From positions 257,245 through 321,244 of the forward strand of contig JBBPIQ010000001.1 of assembly GCA_038040345.1 (NCBI GenBank): a stretch of DNA of 64,000 nucleotides, read 5' to 3'. This document shows positions 1 through 8,675 of the stretch, piece after piece (the stretch's first letter is position 1; each line of letters begins with the position of its first letter). The translations under genes were made by a program, and so were the position numbers. The notes under the pieces are model-generated. The model was not told the origin of the DNA and did no database searches. It worked only from the letters and a program-made list of their open reading frames with translations. The DNA comes from Chloroflexota bacterium (GTDB taxonomy: Bacteria; Chloroflexota; Limnocylindria; P2-11E).

Positions 1-357
1 GCTGTCGGGATCGTCCCGTTCCCGACTGCGCTCGTCGACCAGTACATCCTCTCGGAGCGAGGCGCCACGGCGGCGCTCGTGGTTTATGGGCTTGGCGCGG
101 TCCTCATCGCGATCGCCTTCACGGGAGTCTTCCTCTACGCGACCCACGACCACAGGCTCGTAGGCGACAAGACGGCCGCGCGACGGCTTCGCCAAGAAGG
201 CCGGTTGTTTCCAATAGGACTCGGGGCGTACAGCCTGGGCATTGCACTGGCTTTCGTGGCGCCGATCGCCAGCCTTGCGGTCTATGCGCTGACCGCGCTC
301 TTTTACGCGTTCCCGCTGTTGCCGCTTCCGACACGCGTGGGAAGACAACGCGAATGA
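1..357 (+). CDS. DUF1211/TMEM175-like membrane protein, C-terminal fragment (5' end lies outside the window)
   Basis: Open frame from base 1 with no upstream stop. Hydrophobic helices with an RxxxFxDGxxAIAxTLL-like second-repeat character; stop at 355-357. Confidence 0.45.
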   Translation, partial: AVGIVPFPTALVDQYILSERGATAALVVYGLGAVLIAIAFTGVFLYATHDHRLVGDKTAARRLRQEGRLFPIGLGAYSLGIALAFVAPIASLAVYALTALFYAFPLLPLPTRVGRQRE

Positions 358-375
358 TTCGGAAGCAGGGACTAA

Positions 376-759
376 TTGCCGCGCCAGTCCGCTAAGGTCG
401 AGCGCTGGTTCAAGACGACGAAGCCGCCATCAGAGAGCGCGATGCGACGCCTACGTGACGTCATCCTCGGCGCGGACGCGAGCATGAGCGAGCGCGTCCA
501 GTACGGAGTGACGTTCTCATCGAGCAAGAGCGGCGATTTCGCGGCGTTCGTCCGGTACAGCGAGCCGGGTGTGAATCTGAGGCTCATGCGCGGCGGCCGG
601 CTTCAAGGACGCTACCCACACCTGCAAGGGGGGACCGTGAAGCGCATGCGCATCAGCGACGAGAAAGAGGCGAGCGCGCGTGCCGCGGAACTCAGGGCGA
701 TGGTGAAAGAGTGGTGTTCCCTCGGCGCTGCCGCGAAACGCCCGAAGGCGAAGAGCTAA
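376..759 (+). CDS. DUF1801 (YdhG-like) domain protein
   Basis: 127-aa ORF whose composition and motifs are typical of the DUF1801 family. Convergent 4-nt overlap with the downstream minus-strand gene. Confidence 0.6.
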   Translation: MPRQSAKVERWFKTTKPPSESAMRRLRDVILGADASMSERVQYGVTFSSSKSGDFAAFVRYSEPGVNLRLMRGGRLQGRYPHLQGGTVKRMRISDEKEASARAAELRAMVKEWCSLGAAAKRPKAKS

Positions 760-2111
760 CGGGTCGACGCCGCGGTGAGTGCGGTCAGTGGGATGACCGT
801 GTCGCTGGTCCCGCAACACGCGCTGGTCGGTGAGCCGCAGTCGGTCGCCGCGTCGTCGCAGCAGTCGCTGCCGGGACCGCCTGAGCAGACGCCGGTCTGC
901 GGCAGCACCAGCTCAACTTTGGCGGCGCCGGCCGCGTCACCAACCAGCGCGCTCGCGATGGAGCGCGTCTGCTCGTATCCCGTGAGCATGAGAAAGGTCG
1001 GCGCGCGCCCGTAGCTCTTCATGCCCACGATGTAGAAGTCCTTCTCCGGATGCTCGAGCTCGCGCGCGCCATGCGGCGGGACAGTCCCGCAGCTGTGGAC
1101 GTTCGGGTCGATCAGCGGCGCCAGCGCCGGCGGCGCTTCCAGGATGTCATCGAGGCGCACTCGTAGCTCGCGCAGCGGCGCGAGGTCCGGACGGAAGCCG
1201 GTCGTCCCGATGATCTGGTCGAACGGACCCAGTTCGCGATCGCCGTCGCTGACGTAGACGCCATCCGGGGTCGAACGCAGCTCGGAGATCCGCAAGACCT
1301 GCTGGCGAACAACGCCACGCTCCACGAGCTCGCGCATGCGAGTGCCGAGCGCGCCGCGTGCCGGAAGCGCGTCGTTCGCGGCGCCGCCGTACTTCGAATC
1401 AGCGAATGGACGGCGAACGAGCCAGGTGATCGTGGTGCGCGGTTCGGCCTCAGCGAGTCGCGCGAGATCGATGAGCACATCGAATGCGGAGTGCCCGCTC
1501 CCGACGACGAGAACGCGGCGGCCGGCGTAGCGCGTTCGCTCGCGACCGAGTACATCCGCGATCCCGTAGAAGATCAGATCCGCCGCCTGCGCCTCACCTC
1601 GTGCTGGAGTTCCGCTCGCGCCCAAAGGGTTCGGAAGGGTGTACGTACCGGATGCGTCGATGACGGCGCGGGCGAGGATTTGCTGCTCACCGGACGGTGT
1701 CGCGACGGTGATCGCAAAGGGAGCGTCCTCGCGACCCGTGGTTTTCATTTTGTCGTAGCCCAGGCGTGTGATCGCGGTCACGCGGTGACGCAGACGGAGA
1801 TGAGGAGCAATCTCGGGAGTTGCCGCAAGCGGGCGGAGATAGGCGTCGACAAGTTCGCGTCCGGTCGGGTAGTCCTCACCATTCGGTGAGGTCCAACCTC
1901 CTCGATCGAGCAGCTCACGCGCGGCAGCATCCACGTTGTACTTCCACGGCGAGAAGATCCGAACTTGGCCCCAGCCGAGAACACTCGTGCCCACGGCAGG
2001 TCCCGCCTCGAGCACGAGCGGAGTCGCCCCTCGCTTTACCAGTTGCGCCGCGGCGGCAAGGCCGACCGGGCCGGCGCCGATGACCGCGATGGGATGCTCG
2101 CTCTTGTCCAC
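756..2111 (-). CDS. FAD-dependent flavin monooxygenase-like oxidoreductase (CzcO-like) with a Cys-rich C-terminal tail
   Basis: N-terminal GxGxxG (IAVIGAGPVGLAAA) and a second dinucleotide motif (VLVVGSGHSAFD). The C-terminal 40 aa hold 7 Cys (CSGGPGSDCCDDAATDCGSPTSACCG). Divergent from an ArsR regulator. Confidence 0.8.
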   Translation of the reverse strand: MDKSEHPIAVIGAGPVGLAAAAQLVKRGATPLVLEAGPAVGTSVLGWGQVRIFSPWKYNVDAAARELLDRGGWTSPNGEDYPTGRELVDAYLRPLAATPEIAPHLRLRHRVTAITRLGYDKMKTTGREDAPFAITVATPSGEQQILARAVIDASGTYTLPNPLGASGTPARGEAQAADLIFYGIADVLGRERTRYAGRRVLVVGSGHSAFDVLIDLARLAEAEPRTTITWLVRRPFADSKYGGAANDALPARGALGTRMRELVERGVVRQQVLRISELRSTPDGVYVSDGDRELGPFDQIIGTTGFRPDLAPLRELRVRLDDILEAPPALAPLIDPNVHSCGTVPPHGARELEHPEKDFYIVGMKSYGRAPTFLMLTGYEQTRSIASALVGDAAGAAKVELVLPQTGVCSGGPGSDCCDDAATDCGSPTSACCGTSDTVIPLTALTAASTR

Positions 2112-2156
2112 CTCGATGCTCCTGTGGCCTACCGCCAGCCGCAGGATGCGTCACGG

Positions 2157-2191
2157 TATTGATGCTTGTCAATATCCAAGTTGGTCGATAT
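2157..2191. promoter_or_regulatory. Overlapping imperfect palindromes (TATTGAtgcttgTCAATA; ATATCcaagttggtcGATAT) in the divergent FAD-monooxygenase/arsR intergenic region; candidate ArsR/SmtB operator
   Basis: Inverted repeats seen directly in the 89-bp divergent promoter region. Confidence 0.3.
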
Positions 2192-2200
2192 AGTGCCTGC

Positions 2201-2560
2201 ATGGACGACGTCAAGATCCTGCAAGCGCTCGCCGAGCCCACACGGCTCGCGATCGTTCAACAACTGGCTTCCGACGGCGAGGTCTGCGCGTGCGACTTCA
2301 CCGATTGTTGCGGGGTGAGCCAGCCCACCGTCTCGCATCACCTGAAGGTATTGCGCGAGGCCGGTGTGGTGAGCTCAGAGCGTCGCGGGACCTGGATTTA
2401 TTACCAGCTCGAGCCGAAGGCAGCCGCGCGGCTCGCGAACCTCGGGCATCTGCTCTCCGCCGGCGCGCAGCGAACCCAAGCGCGTGGCCACGAAACCCAT
2501 GCTCGCAGCAAGATGAGGCCAGTGACAGAGGTCACGCTCCGCTTACGCGGTCTGGCCTGA
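2201..2560 (+). CDS. ArsR/SmtB family metalloregulator
   Basis: HTH LAEPTRLAIVQQL...VSQPTVSHHLKVLREAGVV with a metal-site-like CACDFTDCC. An alternative upstream ATG exists at 2159. Confidence 0.8.
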   Translation: MDDVKILQALAEPTRLAIVQQLASDGEVCACDFTDCCGVSQPTVSHHLKVLREAGVVSSERRGTWIYYQLEPKAAARLANLGHLLSAGAQRTQARGHETHARSKMRPVTEVTLRLRGLA

Positions 2561-2602
2561 AGCGCCGCGCCGGGCCTCGGCTGAGGCTCTCGCATCGCGC
2601 CC

Positions 2603-3097
2603 GTGCTGGCGCGTGTTGAAGGTCTCGAGGGGGTCAACCACGCGGAGATCGATTACCGAGGCGACCTACTCCGACTCTCCCTGAGCTCCAACCTCGCGCT
2701 CCGGCTCGCTGCAGACTTGTTGAAGGGGCTTGGATATGAGTCAGAGCCGGCGAGTGATGCTGAAGTTCAGACGGTCACGAGGTGGTACGACATCGACTCA
2801 GTCGAAGATTTGTCCCGCGTTGAGGCGTCCGTGATCGCCGAGCGGACCGTGCCGCCTTTCGCGCTGACGCGAAAGCTGTCGCCCGATCAGACCGACCGAG
2901 TTCGCGGTGCGGTAGTCGATGCGCTCCACAATTGTTTCGTGAGCACCCCACTCGCGAGCGGGCCGAGCCTGGGTGCGTTTCGGCTTTCATGCGTTCGCAC
3001 CGTCGAAGAGAGCGTGCGTCCGATCGTCGGTCGCGCGTCCGCCAGAACCTTAGGCGCACTTCTCAACGCCGACCTGAACCAGGATCACCGCCGGTAG
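2603..3097 (+). CDS. Hypothetical protein whose N-terminus resembles the second half of an HMA (heavy-metal-associated) fold but lacks the CxxC motif
   Basis: GTG start. ARVEGLEGVNHAEIDYRGDLLRLSL...LKGLGYE resembles the beta-alpha-beta C-terminal half of an HMA domain. No cysteine-containing N-terminal half in any upstream frame. Confidence 0.35.
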   Translation: MLARVEGLEGVNHAEIDYRGDLLRLSLSSNLALRLAADLLKGLGYESEPASDAEVQTVTRWYDIDSVEDLSRVEASVIAERTVPPFALTRKLSPDQTDRVRGAVVDALHNCFVSTPLASGPSLGAFRLSCVRTVEESVRPIVGRASARTLGALLNADLNQDHRR

Positions 3098-3171
3098 TCC
3101 TCGAGCCCGCGTGATCTGTAGTCTCCGGTGCTCGGCGAGACGTTGATCGAATCTGACCGGGGGGTGCGCCC

Positions 3172-4083
3172 GTGACCGTTGTGGATTGGCTGCTTGACTC
3201 GGATCCTTCTATCCGTTGGCAGGTGATGCGCGACCTCACTCGCGAGCCTGCCGATGTCGTCGCCGCGGAGCGCTCGAAGGTCGCCTCGGAAGGATGGGGC
3301 GCGCGCCTTCTCGCCCTTCAGGGGCCGGATGGGCAGTGGGGAGGCACTCTTTTCCCCGAGTGGACCTCGACCACGCACACGTTGTTGCTGCTGCGATACA
3401 TGGGCCTCGACCCAATGAGCGCGCAGGCGCACCGCGCGGTGGCCCTGGTCCGTGACAACGCCAAATGGGAGCACGCCGGCCAGGCGTACTTCTCAGGAGA
3501 GGTCGAGCCGTGCATCAACGGGAAGGCCGTGGCGATAGGCTCGTACTTCGGCCAGGACGTGAGCGGCATCGTCGATCGGCTCCTCAGTGAACAGCTGAGT
3601 GATGGCGGATGGAACTGCGAAGCGGAGAGGGGCTCCACGCGGTCGTCGTTCCACAGCACGATCGACGTGCTTGAGGGCCTGCTGGAACACGAGCGAGCTG
3701 TGGGAGCCTCGCCCGGGCTGACGGCTGCACGCCGCAAGGGAGAGGCGTACCTCCTCGACCGTCGCATGTTCCGCCGGCTGTCGACCGGCGATGTGGTGGA
3801 TCCGGAGTGGCTCCGCTTCTCATTTCCGCCGCGCTACTTCTACGACGTTCTGCGTGGCCTCGACTACTTGCGGAGTGCCGGTGTCGAACCGGACGAGCGA
3901 TGGGGCGAGGCTATCGATCTCGTCAAGAGCAAACGCTCGGAAGACGGACGATGGCCCTTGGAGAATCCGCATCCCGGTGCGGTGTACTTCGACATCGACG
4001 AAGGAGAGGGCAAGCCCAGCCGCTGGAACACCCTTCGTGCCATGCGGGTACTGGACTTTTACGAGCACCGACCTGTCGGATGA
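3172..4083 (+). CDS. Prenyltransferase/squalene-oxidase repeat (terpenoid-cyclase-like alpha-alpha toroid) protein
   Basis: Repeated QxxDGGW-type motifs (LQGPDGQWGG, EQLSDGGWNCE, SEDGRWPLENPHPG). Confidence 0.6.
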   Translation: MTVVDWLLDSDPSIRWQVMRDLTREPADVVAAERSKVASEGWGARLLALQGPDGQWGGTLFPEWTSTTHTLLLLRYMGLDPMSAQAHRAVALVRDNAKWEHAGQAYFSGEVEPCINGKAVAIGSYFGQDVSGIVDRLLSEQLSDGGWNCEAERGSTRSSFHSTIDVLEGLLEHERAVGASPGLTAARRKGEAYLLDRRMFRRLSTGDVVDPEWLRFSFPPRYFYDVLRGLDYLRSAGVEPDERWGEAIDLVKSKRSEDGRWPLENPHPGAVYFDIDEGEGKPSRWNTLRAMRVLDFYEHRPVG

Positions 4084-4628
4084 GCGCTCGCGAAGAACTC
4101 ACGATCGCGGAGGTGCTCACACTGCTTGCAGAAACGCCAACACGCATCGGCGTGTTGACCACTCGTCTGACACCGGCTCAATTGCAGACGGCCCCCACCC
4201 GCGATGAGTGGTCTGCGAACGATGTGCTTGCCCATCTCCGCGCATGTGCAGATGTGTGGGGCAACTGCATCGCGGCGATCATGGCCGAGGACAGGCCGAC
4301 GCTCCAGGGTATGGATCCTCGCCGCTGGATGAAGAAGACGGACTATCCGCAACTGCAGTTCCGGCCGTCGTTCAATTCCTTTACCAGACAACGCGCCGAT
4401 CTATTGGCAGTCCTGGAGCCGTTGCCGCGCAAACGCTGGTCACGCACGGCAACGGTGATGGCATGGGGGCAGCCCTACGAGCGGACCGTCCTGTTCTATG
4501 GGCAGCGGATCGCGCGCCACGAACGCACGCACTTCAAGCAGATCGAGCGCATCGCTAGCTCAGTCGCGGCCCTTCGTGGTGGCGATGTCGGCCTCGTTGC
4601 CCGCCGCGTCGGCCAGCGTCCACCATGA
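4080..4628 (+). CDS. DinB family (DinB_2 / mycothiol-dependent-isomerase-like) protein
   Basis: WSANDVLAHL...H..W motif set. ATGA overlap with the upstream stop. Paralog of the gene at 5225-5737. Confidence 0.75.
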   Translation: MSAREELTIAEVLTLLAETPTRIGVLTTRLTPAQLQTAPTRDEWSANDVLAHLRACADVWGNCIAAIMAEDRPTLQGMDPRRWMKKTDYPQLQFRPSFNSFTRQRADLLAVLEPLPRKRWSRTATVMAWGQPYERTVLFYGQRIARHERTHFKQIERIASSVAALRGGDVGLVARRVGQRPP

Positions 4629-5228
4629 GGGCGCGAACTCGTCGCGCACCATCCGGCCACCAGCGGCGAGCGCCGCCGCGACGCGGGCCTCCGCCTGCTC
4701 GTACGGCACCCATACCGCGAGGTGGATCGCGCCGCCGCCGTCCGGGCGCGGCTTCTTCATTTGCTCGAACCAGAACGGCGTCCCACGGCCACGCGGATCG
4801 ACGATGTCTTCAGCGGGGCTGTCGCGGCGAGGCTCATACCCGAGCACAGCACGCCAGAACGGCATCACCTCAGCGATAGCGGGCGCGCCCGGGATGACAA
4901 GCAGACTCTGGACCGCCGACGGGTCGGCAGAGAGGCCCAACTTTCGGGCAGCTGCCGAGATCTGGCGTGCCAGCTCGACGTGGCTCCGGAGCATCCCGCC
5001 GTAGCCCTCGATGAACGCGACCATGCGCACGGTCACGCCGTCGTCACGCACGTCAACGTCCGGTCGAAGGTCGTCGATGCCCGGCAACTCGCTGATCGCC
5101 TGCACGAGCCGGGCGCCCGTCGCGAACGACCCGGTCCGGAAGTACGCGTTCGCGCCGTCGCCTAGTACGCGCCAGTCCTCGACGCCCTCAGACTCGCGGA
5201 ACTGCTTCGGGCTGATCTGGTCGGTCAT
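4560..5228 (-). CDS. Pterin-4a-carbinolamine dehydratase (PCD/DCoH)-like domain fused to a VOC/glyoxalase-like domain
   Basis: The N-terminus ISPKQFRESEGVEDWRVL...VTVRM is PCD-like and the C-terminal half is VOC-like. The start MTDQ was chosen because it gives an ATGA overlap with the upstream DinB stop. Confidence 0.6.
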   Translation of the reverse strand: MTDQISPKQFRESEGVEDWRVLGDGANAYFRTGSFATGARLVQAISELPGIDDLRPDVDVRDDGVTVRMVAFIEGYGGMLRSHVELARQISAAARKLGLSADPSAVQSLLVIPGAPAIAEVMPFWRAVLGYEPRRDSPAEDIVDPRGRGTPFWFEQMKKPRPDGGGAIHLAVWVPYEQAEARVAAALAAGGRMVRDEFAPSWWTLADAAGNEADIATTKGRD

Positions 5229-5737
5229 GCGGTCCTCCTCGCTGATCCATCGGCGATGCTCGCGATTTGTCTTAGGTGGGATCGCTCGTGATTGGCGAGC
5301 CACCGCGCGTATTCCAGCACCGTCCGTTCGCGTGGCGCTCCGGCGCCCGTCACCGTGGCACTACGTGACCAGCCGGCCTTTGGCAACGGTCGCAGGAGCG
5401 CTAACAGCTCGGCACGCTGCTTCGTAAATGCGCGGAACGAGGGCGCGAATTCCAGTTCGGGATAGTTCGTGCTCTTGATCCAGGTCGTGGGATTCATCGC
5501 TCGGATCGTCGGCCGGTCTTCGTCGATGATCGTCGCGATGTACTTGCCCCACATGTCGCCGCATGAACGGAGATGGGCAAGCACATCGTTGAGGGACCAC
5601 TCGCCGCGACTCGGTGAACGGTGCAATCGAGCTCGCGGCAGACCTTCGGTAAGCGCAGCGATAGCCTTCGGCTGGTCCGCGAGCTGGGTCAGGAGCTGGT
5701 CGATCGTGAGCGGTGTGTCGTACACGAGGACACGCAT
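5225..5737 (-). CDS. DinB family protein (paralog of 4080-4628)
   Basis: WSLNDVLAHLRSCGDMWGKYIATIIDEDRPT... aligns residue-for-residue with the 4080-4628 product. Start assumed at MRVLVYD. Confidence 0.7.
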   Translation of the reverse strand: MRVLVYDTPLTIDQLLTQLADQPKAIAALTEGLPRARLHRSPSRGEWSLNDVLAHLRSCGDMWGKYIATIIDEDRPTIRAMNPTTWIKSTNYPELEFAPSFRAFTKQRAELLALLRPLPKAGWSRSATVTGAGAPRERTVLEYARWLANHERSHLRQIASIADGSARRTA

Positions 5738-5798
5738 ATTGCATGACGACGACCGCCCTGATGCGCCGGGCCGAGAGCAGCGGAAAAATGCTTGCTGT

Positions 5799-5839
5799 CG
5801 CCCGGAGGGGATTCGAACCCCTGACCTCTTCCTTGAAAG
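5799..5839 (-). other. Orphan 3' half of tRNA-Glu (T-arm through anticodon loop): att-site-like direct repeat of the 3' end of the intact tRNA-Glu at 21124-21197
   Basis: A roughly 40-nt identical stretch gcccggaggggattcgaacccctgacctcttccttgaaag is shared with 21125-21165. Sequence 5' of the anticodon loop diverges completely. Confidence 0.75.
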
Positions 5840-5927
5840 CGATGGGGTCGAGAGAAGTGGCCTAGCGATTTGTTTACGCACCAACTGATACCGGTTCTGA
5901 GCGAAAATGCGCGTCAGAGAAGCGGCC
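5831..5927. repeat. 97-nt repeat copy A (conserved 36-nt and 27-nt termini, variable centre), abutting the tRNA-Glu fragment
   Basis: Same-length ungapped alignment with 9301-9397, about 64/97 identical, concentrated at both ends. Internal direct motif GTC(G/-)AGAGAAG at both ends. Confidence 0.6.
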
Positions 5928-5974
5928 TTGTGAAAACGATGCGGCGGGCAGCAGACCAGCCATTTCGTGCGGTG

Positions 5975-6595
5975 CTACACGCCGTCGACAGCCGGGCCGG
6001 GGCGAGCAGGCGCGCTCAGGCGATTCGACTGAAGAGCCGCGAGTATGTGCACGGCCGACGCGATGTCACTCGCGTCCTCGGACATGTGCGACCAGATGAT
6101 GGTGCCGTCGATATCGATGATCATCGCGCCGCCGAGCTGGGCGAAGTCACCGATCGTGCGGCCCTGAAACACGCCGTGTTTCGCGATGGCCATGACGCCC
6201 TTGGCGACGACGAGGGGCCCAAGCAGCTCGTCCATGGTTGCGACCTTCGCGCCTGCTGCCTTATAGGTCAGGCGCTCTGCGTCGGCGAGCACGGGCAGGT
6301 CGATCCCTTGGGTGCGGCGGAAATGCGCTGCGTGAGGCGGCGTGGCCTGGCCGATCAGGACCAGGCGCGCGCCTGCCTCCGCAAAGCTGGCGCGGTCACG
6401 GTGCAACTGCACCGCATGTGCACGGCAGAACGTTCAGCCGTAGTGGCGCAGCCAGACCAGCACCGCAGGGCGGTCGCGCCAGAGATCTCCAAGTCGCACC
6501 ACGCGTCCCTCGTGGTCTGGCAGCGTGATATCGACGAGCTCATCGGCACGCCGCGGTGGCGACGCGTGCTGACGTTCCGTCGCGGTGCCAAACAC
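5975..6595 (-). CDS. TlpA/AhpC-TSA (Prx-like) thiol:disulfide oxidoreductase; candidate selenoprotein with in-frame TGA (6434-6436) giving a UxxC motif (…VLVWLRHYG-U-TFCRAHA…)
   Basis: A single reading frame runs from GTG 6595 through TGA to the stop at 5975. The region around the TGA matches the TlpA-family FWASWCxPCR redox motif, with Sec in place of the first Cys. Downstream is a thioredoxin-fold region (DLPVLADAERL, IIDIDGTIIW). Hairpin 6397-6416. Confidence 0.6.
6397..6416 (-). promoter_or_regulatory. SECIS-like hairpin (mRNA UGCGGUGC-AGUU-GCACCGUG) 18-37 nt downstream of the in-frame UGA of the Prx-like gene
   Basis: 8-bp stem (with G-U pairs) and a GU-containing tetraloop, seen directly. 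Confidence 0.4.
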
Positions 6596-6605
6596 GATGC
6601 GACGC

Positions 6606-6998
6606 CTACCTCGCCGCGGTGGTCGCAGATTCGACCGGGCGCCCAGCTGCGACCCACGCCTTGAACCCGCCGTCGAGGTGAGCAACGTTCGTGTAGCCCA
6701 TGTCCGTGAGCGCGGCGGCCGCAAGCGCCGAGCGTCCCCCGGTCGCGCAGTGAAGGATGATGCGGCGCTCCGGCTCGAAGCCCTCCTGGTGGTACGGGCT
6801 CGTCGGATCGGCGCGGAACTCGAGCATGCCGCGTGGCACGTTGACCGAACCCGCGATGCGTCCCGACTCGGCGAGCTCAGCTGGTTCACGCAGATCGACG
6901 AGCAGCACGCCCGCAGCGCGCTCCTTGTCGACCCCAGCAACATCGAGGTTCTCGATCTTCGCCTTCGCCTCGGCGACCAACTCAACAGCCTTCTTCAT
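6606..6998 (-). CDS. Single-domain rhodanese (sulfurtransferase), Cys-containing active site HCATGGRS
   Basis: CxxGxR active-site loop. GGAG Shine-Dalgarno sequence 7 nt upstream of ATG 6998. Stop is 10 nt before the Prx-like start. Confidence 0.8.
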   Translation of the reverse strand: MKKAVELVAEAKAKIENLDVAGVDKERAAGVLLVDLREPAELAESGRIAGSVNVPRGMLEFRADPTSPYHQEGFEPERRIILHCATGGRSALAAAALTDMGYTNVAHLDGGFKAWVAAGRPVESATTAAR

Positions 6999-7073
6999 CG
7001 TCGTGCTCCTTTCGTTCCTGAGCGTGTGACGGACGGTAGTGACCGCCACCACGCCGGTCGTCAGGAGTTCGCC

Positions 7074-8648
7074 CTACAAATCGAGCGGCTCGAACGTGTC
7101 GAGGAGGCCGTGCTGCATCGCGAAAAGCGTCGCCGTGGACCGCGTCGACGCGCCGATCTTGCTGTAAATGCGCTCGATGTGGGTGCCCGCCGTCTTCGCA
7201 GAGATGCCGAGTGCCTGCGCCACCTGGCGGTTGGATGCACCGCGGGCAATCAGCGCCAGGACCTCGACCTCGCGAGGGGTCAGCCCGGCGGGTCCGCTTC
7301 GTCGCTTGCCCTGGCTTTGTCCCGCTGCCGCGAGGACGGCGTCGACACCGTCCACGTCGAAGCGCGCCGCACGCACGTCACGACGCAGTTCCGTCGCAGC
7401 CTGCTTCGGGGTCATCGCAGGTCGGTAGGAACGCGGCTCGATCATCGCGCGGTATGCGCACGCTGCGCCGAGTAGCCGACCCCCGACGGGAATCGCGGGC
7501 CGAGTGAGGGCGCGGTGATAACCCGAGCCGTCGCAGCGCTCATTGGTCAACGAGGCGATCGCGCCGAGCCGGGCAAGTACGGGTGGCCGCGACAGCACTC
7601 GCTCGGTGTAGTAGGCATGCATCCGCATGCGCTCCCATTCGGATCGCGAGAGCGGACCCGGCTTCTCGAGGATCGTTGCGGGGACACCGTGCAATCCGAT
7701 GTCGTGCAGCAGGCCCGCGCGCCGGAGTGCCACGACCTCAGCCTCGGGAAGCCCCACATAGGCTGCGGCTGTCGACACCAAGTCGGCGACCCCGCGCGAA
7801 TGACCGGCACGCGACGGCGAGCGTAGATCCGTGAAGTCGGCAACGGCCTCGAGCGCCACGTCGAACTCATCCTCGGAGAGGCGTTGCTGCAACGACGGCT
7901 CGTCTGCGATGAGCATCTGCCAGTCGGTGTCGATCACGGGATCACCGAGCACGTCATCCGCGACGGCGGCGAAGGCGGCAACGACCGCGGGATCGAACTG
8001 CGTTCCGCGCCGCTCGCGCGCGACAGTGACCGCAGCCCGCGTCCCCTCGACGCGCTGCACCACCTCCACGACATCGGCGAGCTGATACAGACGCATTGGC
8101 AGCGCGATCGCGTCGCCCGCAACGCCGAGCGGCACACCTTTGCCGTCCCACCGCGTGAAGAACTGGTTCAGCGGGTCGCGCACCTCAACGCCGAGCCCCA
8201 GCCGGTCGGCCATCGTTGCCGTGACGAGGCAGTGGGAGTGGATAACGGCTTCGATCGCACTCCGTCCGGCGGCCATGAGACTGGCGGCGACCCGAAGGCG
8301 TCGCAGAGATGGGCGGCCGGCTCCGGCGTGCCGGAGCATGAATCCGACGAGCGGCAGACCGGACTGGTCGAGCTCATAGCCGTCGTGCCGGTAGGCGATG
8401 TCGTCACCGAACCACGCGGACAGTTCAGGCGTGTCCGCGACGCAGCCGACCCACGCAAGAGTGGCGACATAGTAGAGCGCGCCGCGCTCGTCACGTTTGA
8501 TGCCGACGTGGTCCCCGAGACGAGCGGCAATGAGCCATGACCGCAGGACATGCTCCATCGGCTGACCGAGACCGAGGTCGACCGCCAGCGTGAACGCCGC
8601 GACGAGCTCTGCGAGCCGAAGGCCCGAATCGTCCGCAGCGCCCTTCAC
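7074..8648 (-). CDS. HD/HD-GYP-like domain protein with C-terminal LuxR-type HTH (transcriptional regulator)
   Basis: LLHDIGL HD motif, then C-terminal LTPREVEVLALIARGASNRQVAQALGISAKTAGTHIERIYSKIG. Confidence 0.7.
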   Translation of the reverse strand: MKGAADDSGLRLAELVAAFTLAVDLGLGQPMEHVLRSWLIAARLGDHVGIKRDERGALYYVATLAWVGCVADTPELSAWFGDDIAYRHDGYELDQSGLPLVGFMLRHAGAGRPSLRRLRVAASLMAAGRSAIEAVIHSHCLVTATMADRLGLGVEVRDPLNQFFTRWDGKGVPLGVAGDAIALPMRLYQLADVVEVVQRVEGTRAAVTVARERRGTQFDPAVVAAFAAVADDVLGDPVIDTDWQMLIADEPSLQQRLSEDEFDVALEAVADFTDLRSPSRAGHSRGVADLVSTAAAYVGLPEAEVVALRRAGLLHDIGLHGVPATILEKPGPLSRSEWERMRMHAYYTERVLSRPPVLARLGAIASLTNERCDGSGYHRALTRPAIPVGGRLLGAACAYRAMIEPRSYRPAMTPKQAATELRRDVRAARFDVDGVDAVLAAAGQSQGKRRSGPAGLTPREVEVLALIARGASNRQVAQALGISAKTAGTHIERIYSKIGASTRSTATLFAMQHGLLDTFEPLDL

Positions 8649-8675
8649 GTTCGTCAGCCTACTGGGCCGCCCGCC

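Noticed and set aside
2558-2605. Two in-frame TGAs between arsR and the downstream 2603 ORF (possible read-through or Sec)
   Set aside because: The intervening codons encode no Cys or conserved motif (SAAPGLG / GSRIAP). No HMA CxxC is present. Coincidental frame alignment.
5826-5930. Repeats A/B as intact tRNA genes (for example tRNA-Ser or tRNA-Sec)
   Set aside because: No acceptor/D-arm complement can be folded. Only the T-arm/anticodon-loop portion of tRNA-Glu is present. No TCA anticodon context, so no tRNA-Sec was found anywhere in the window.
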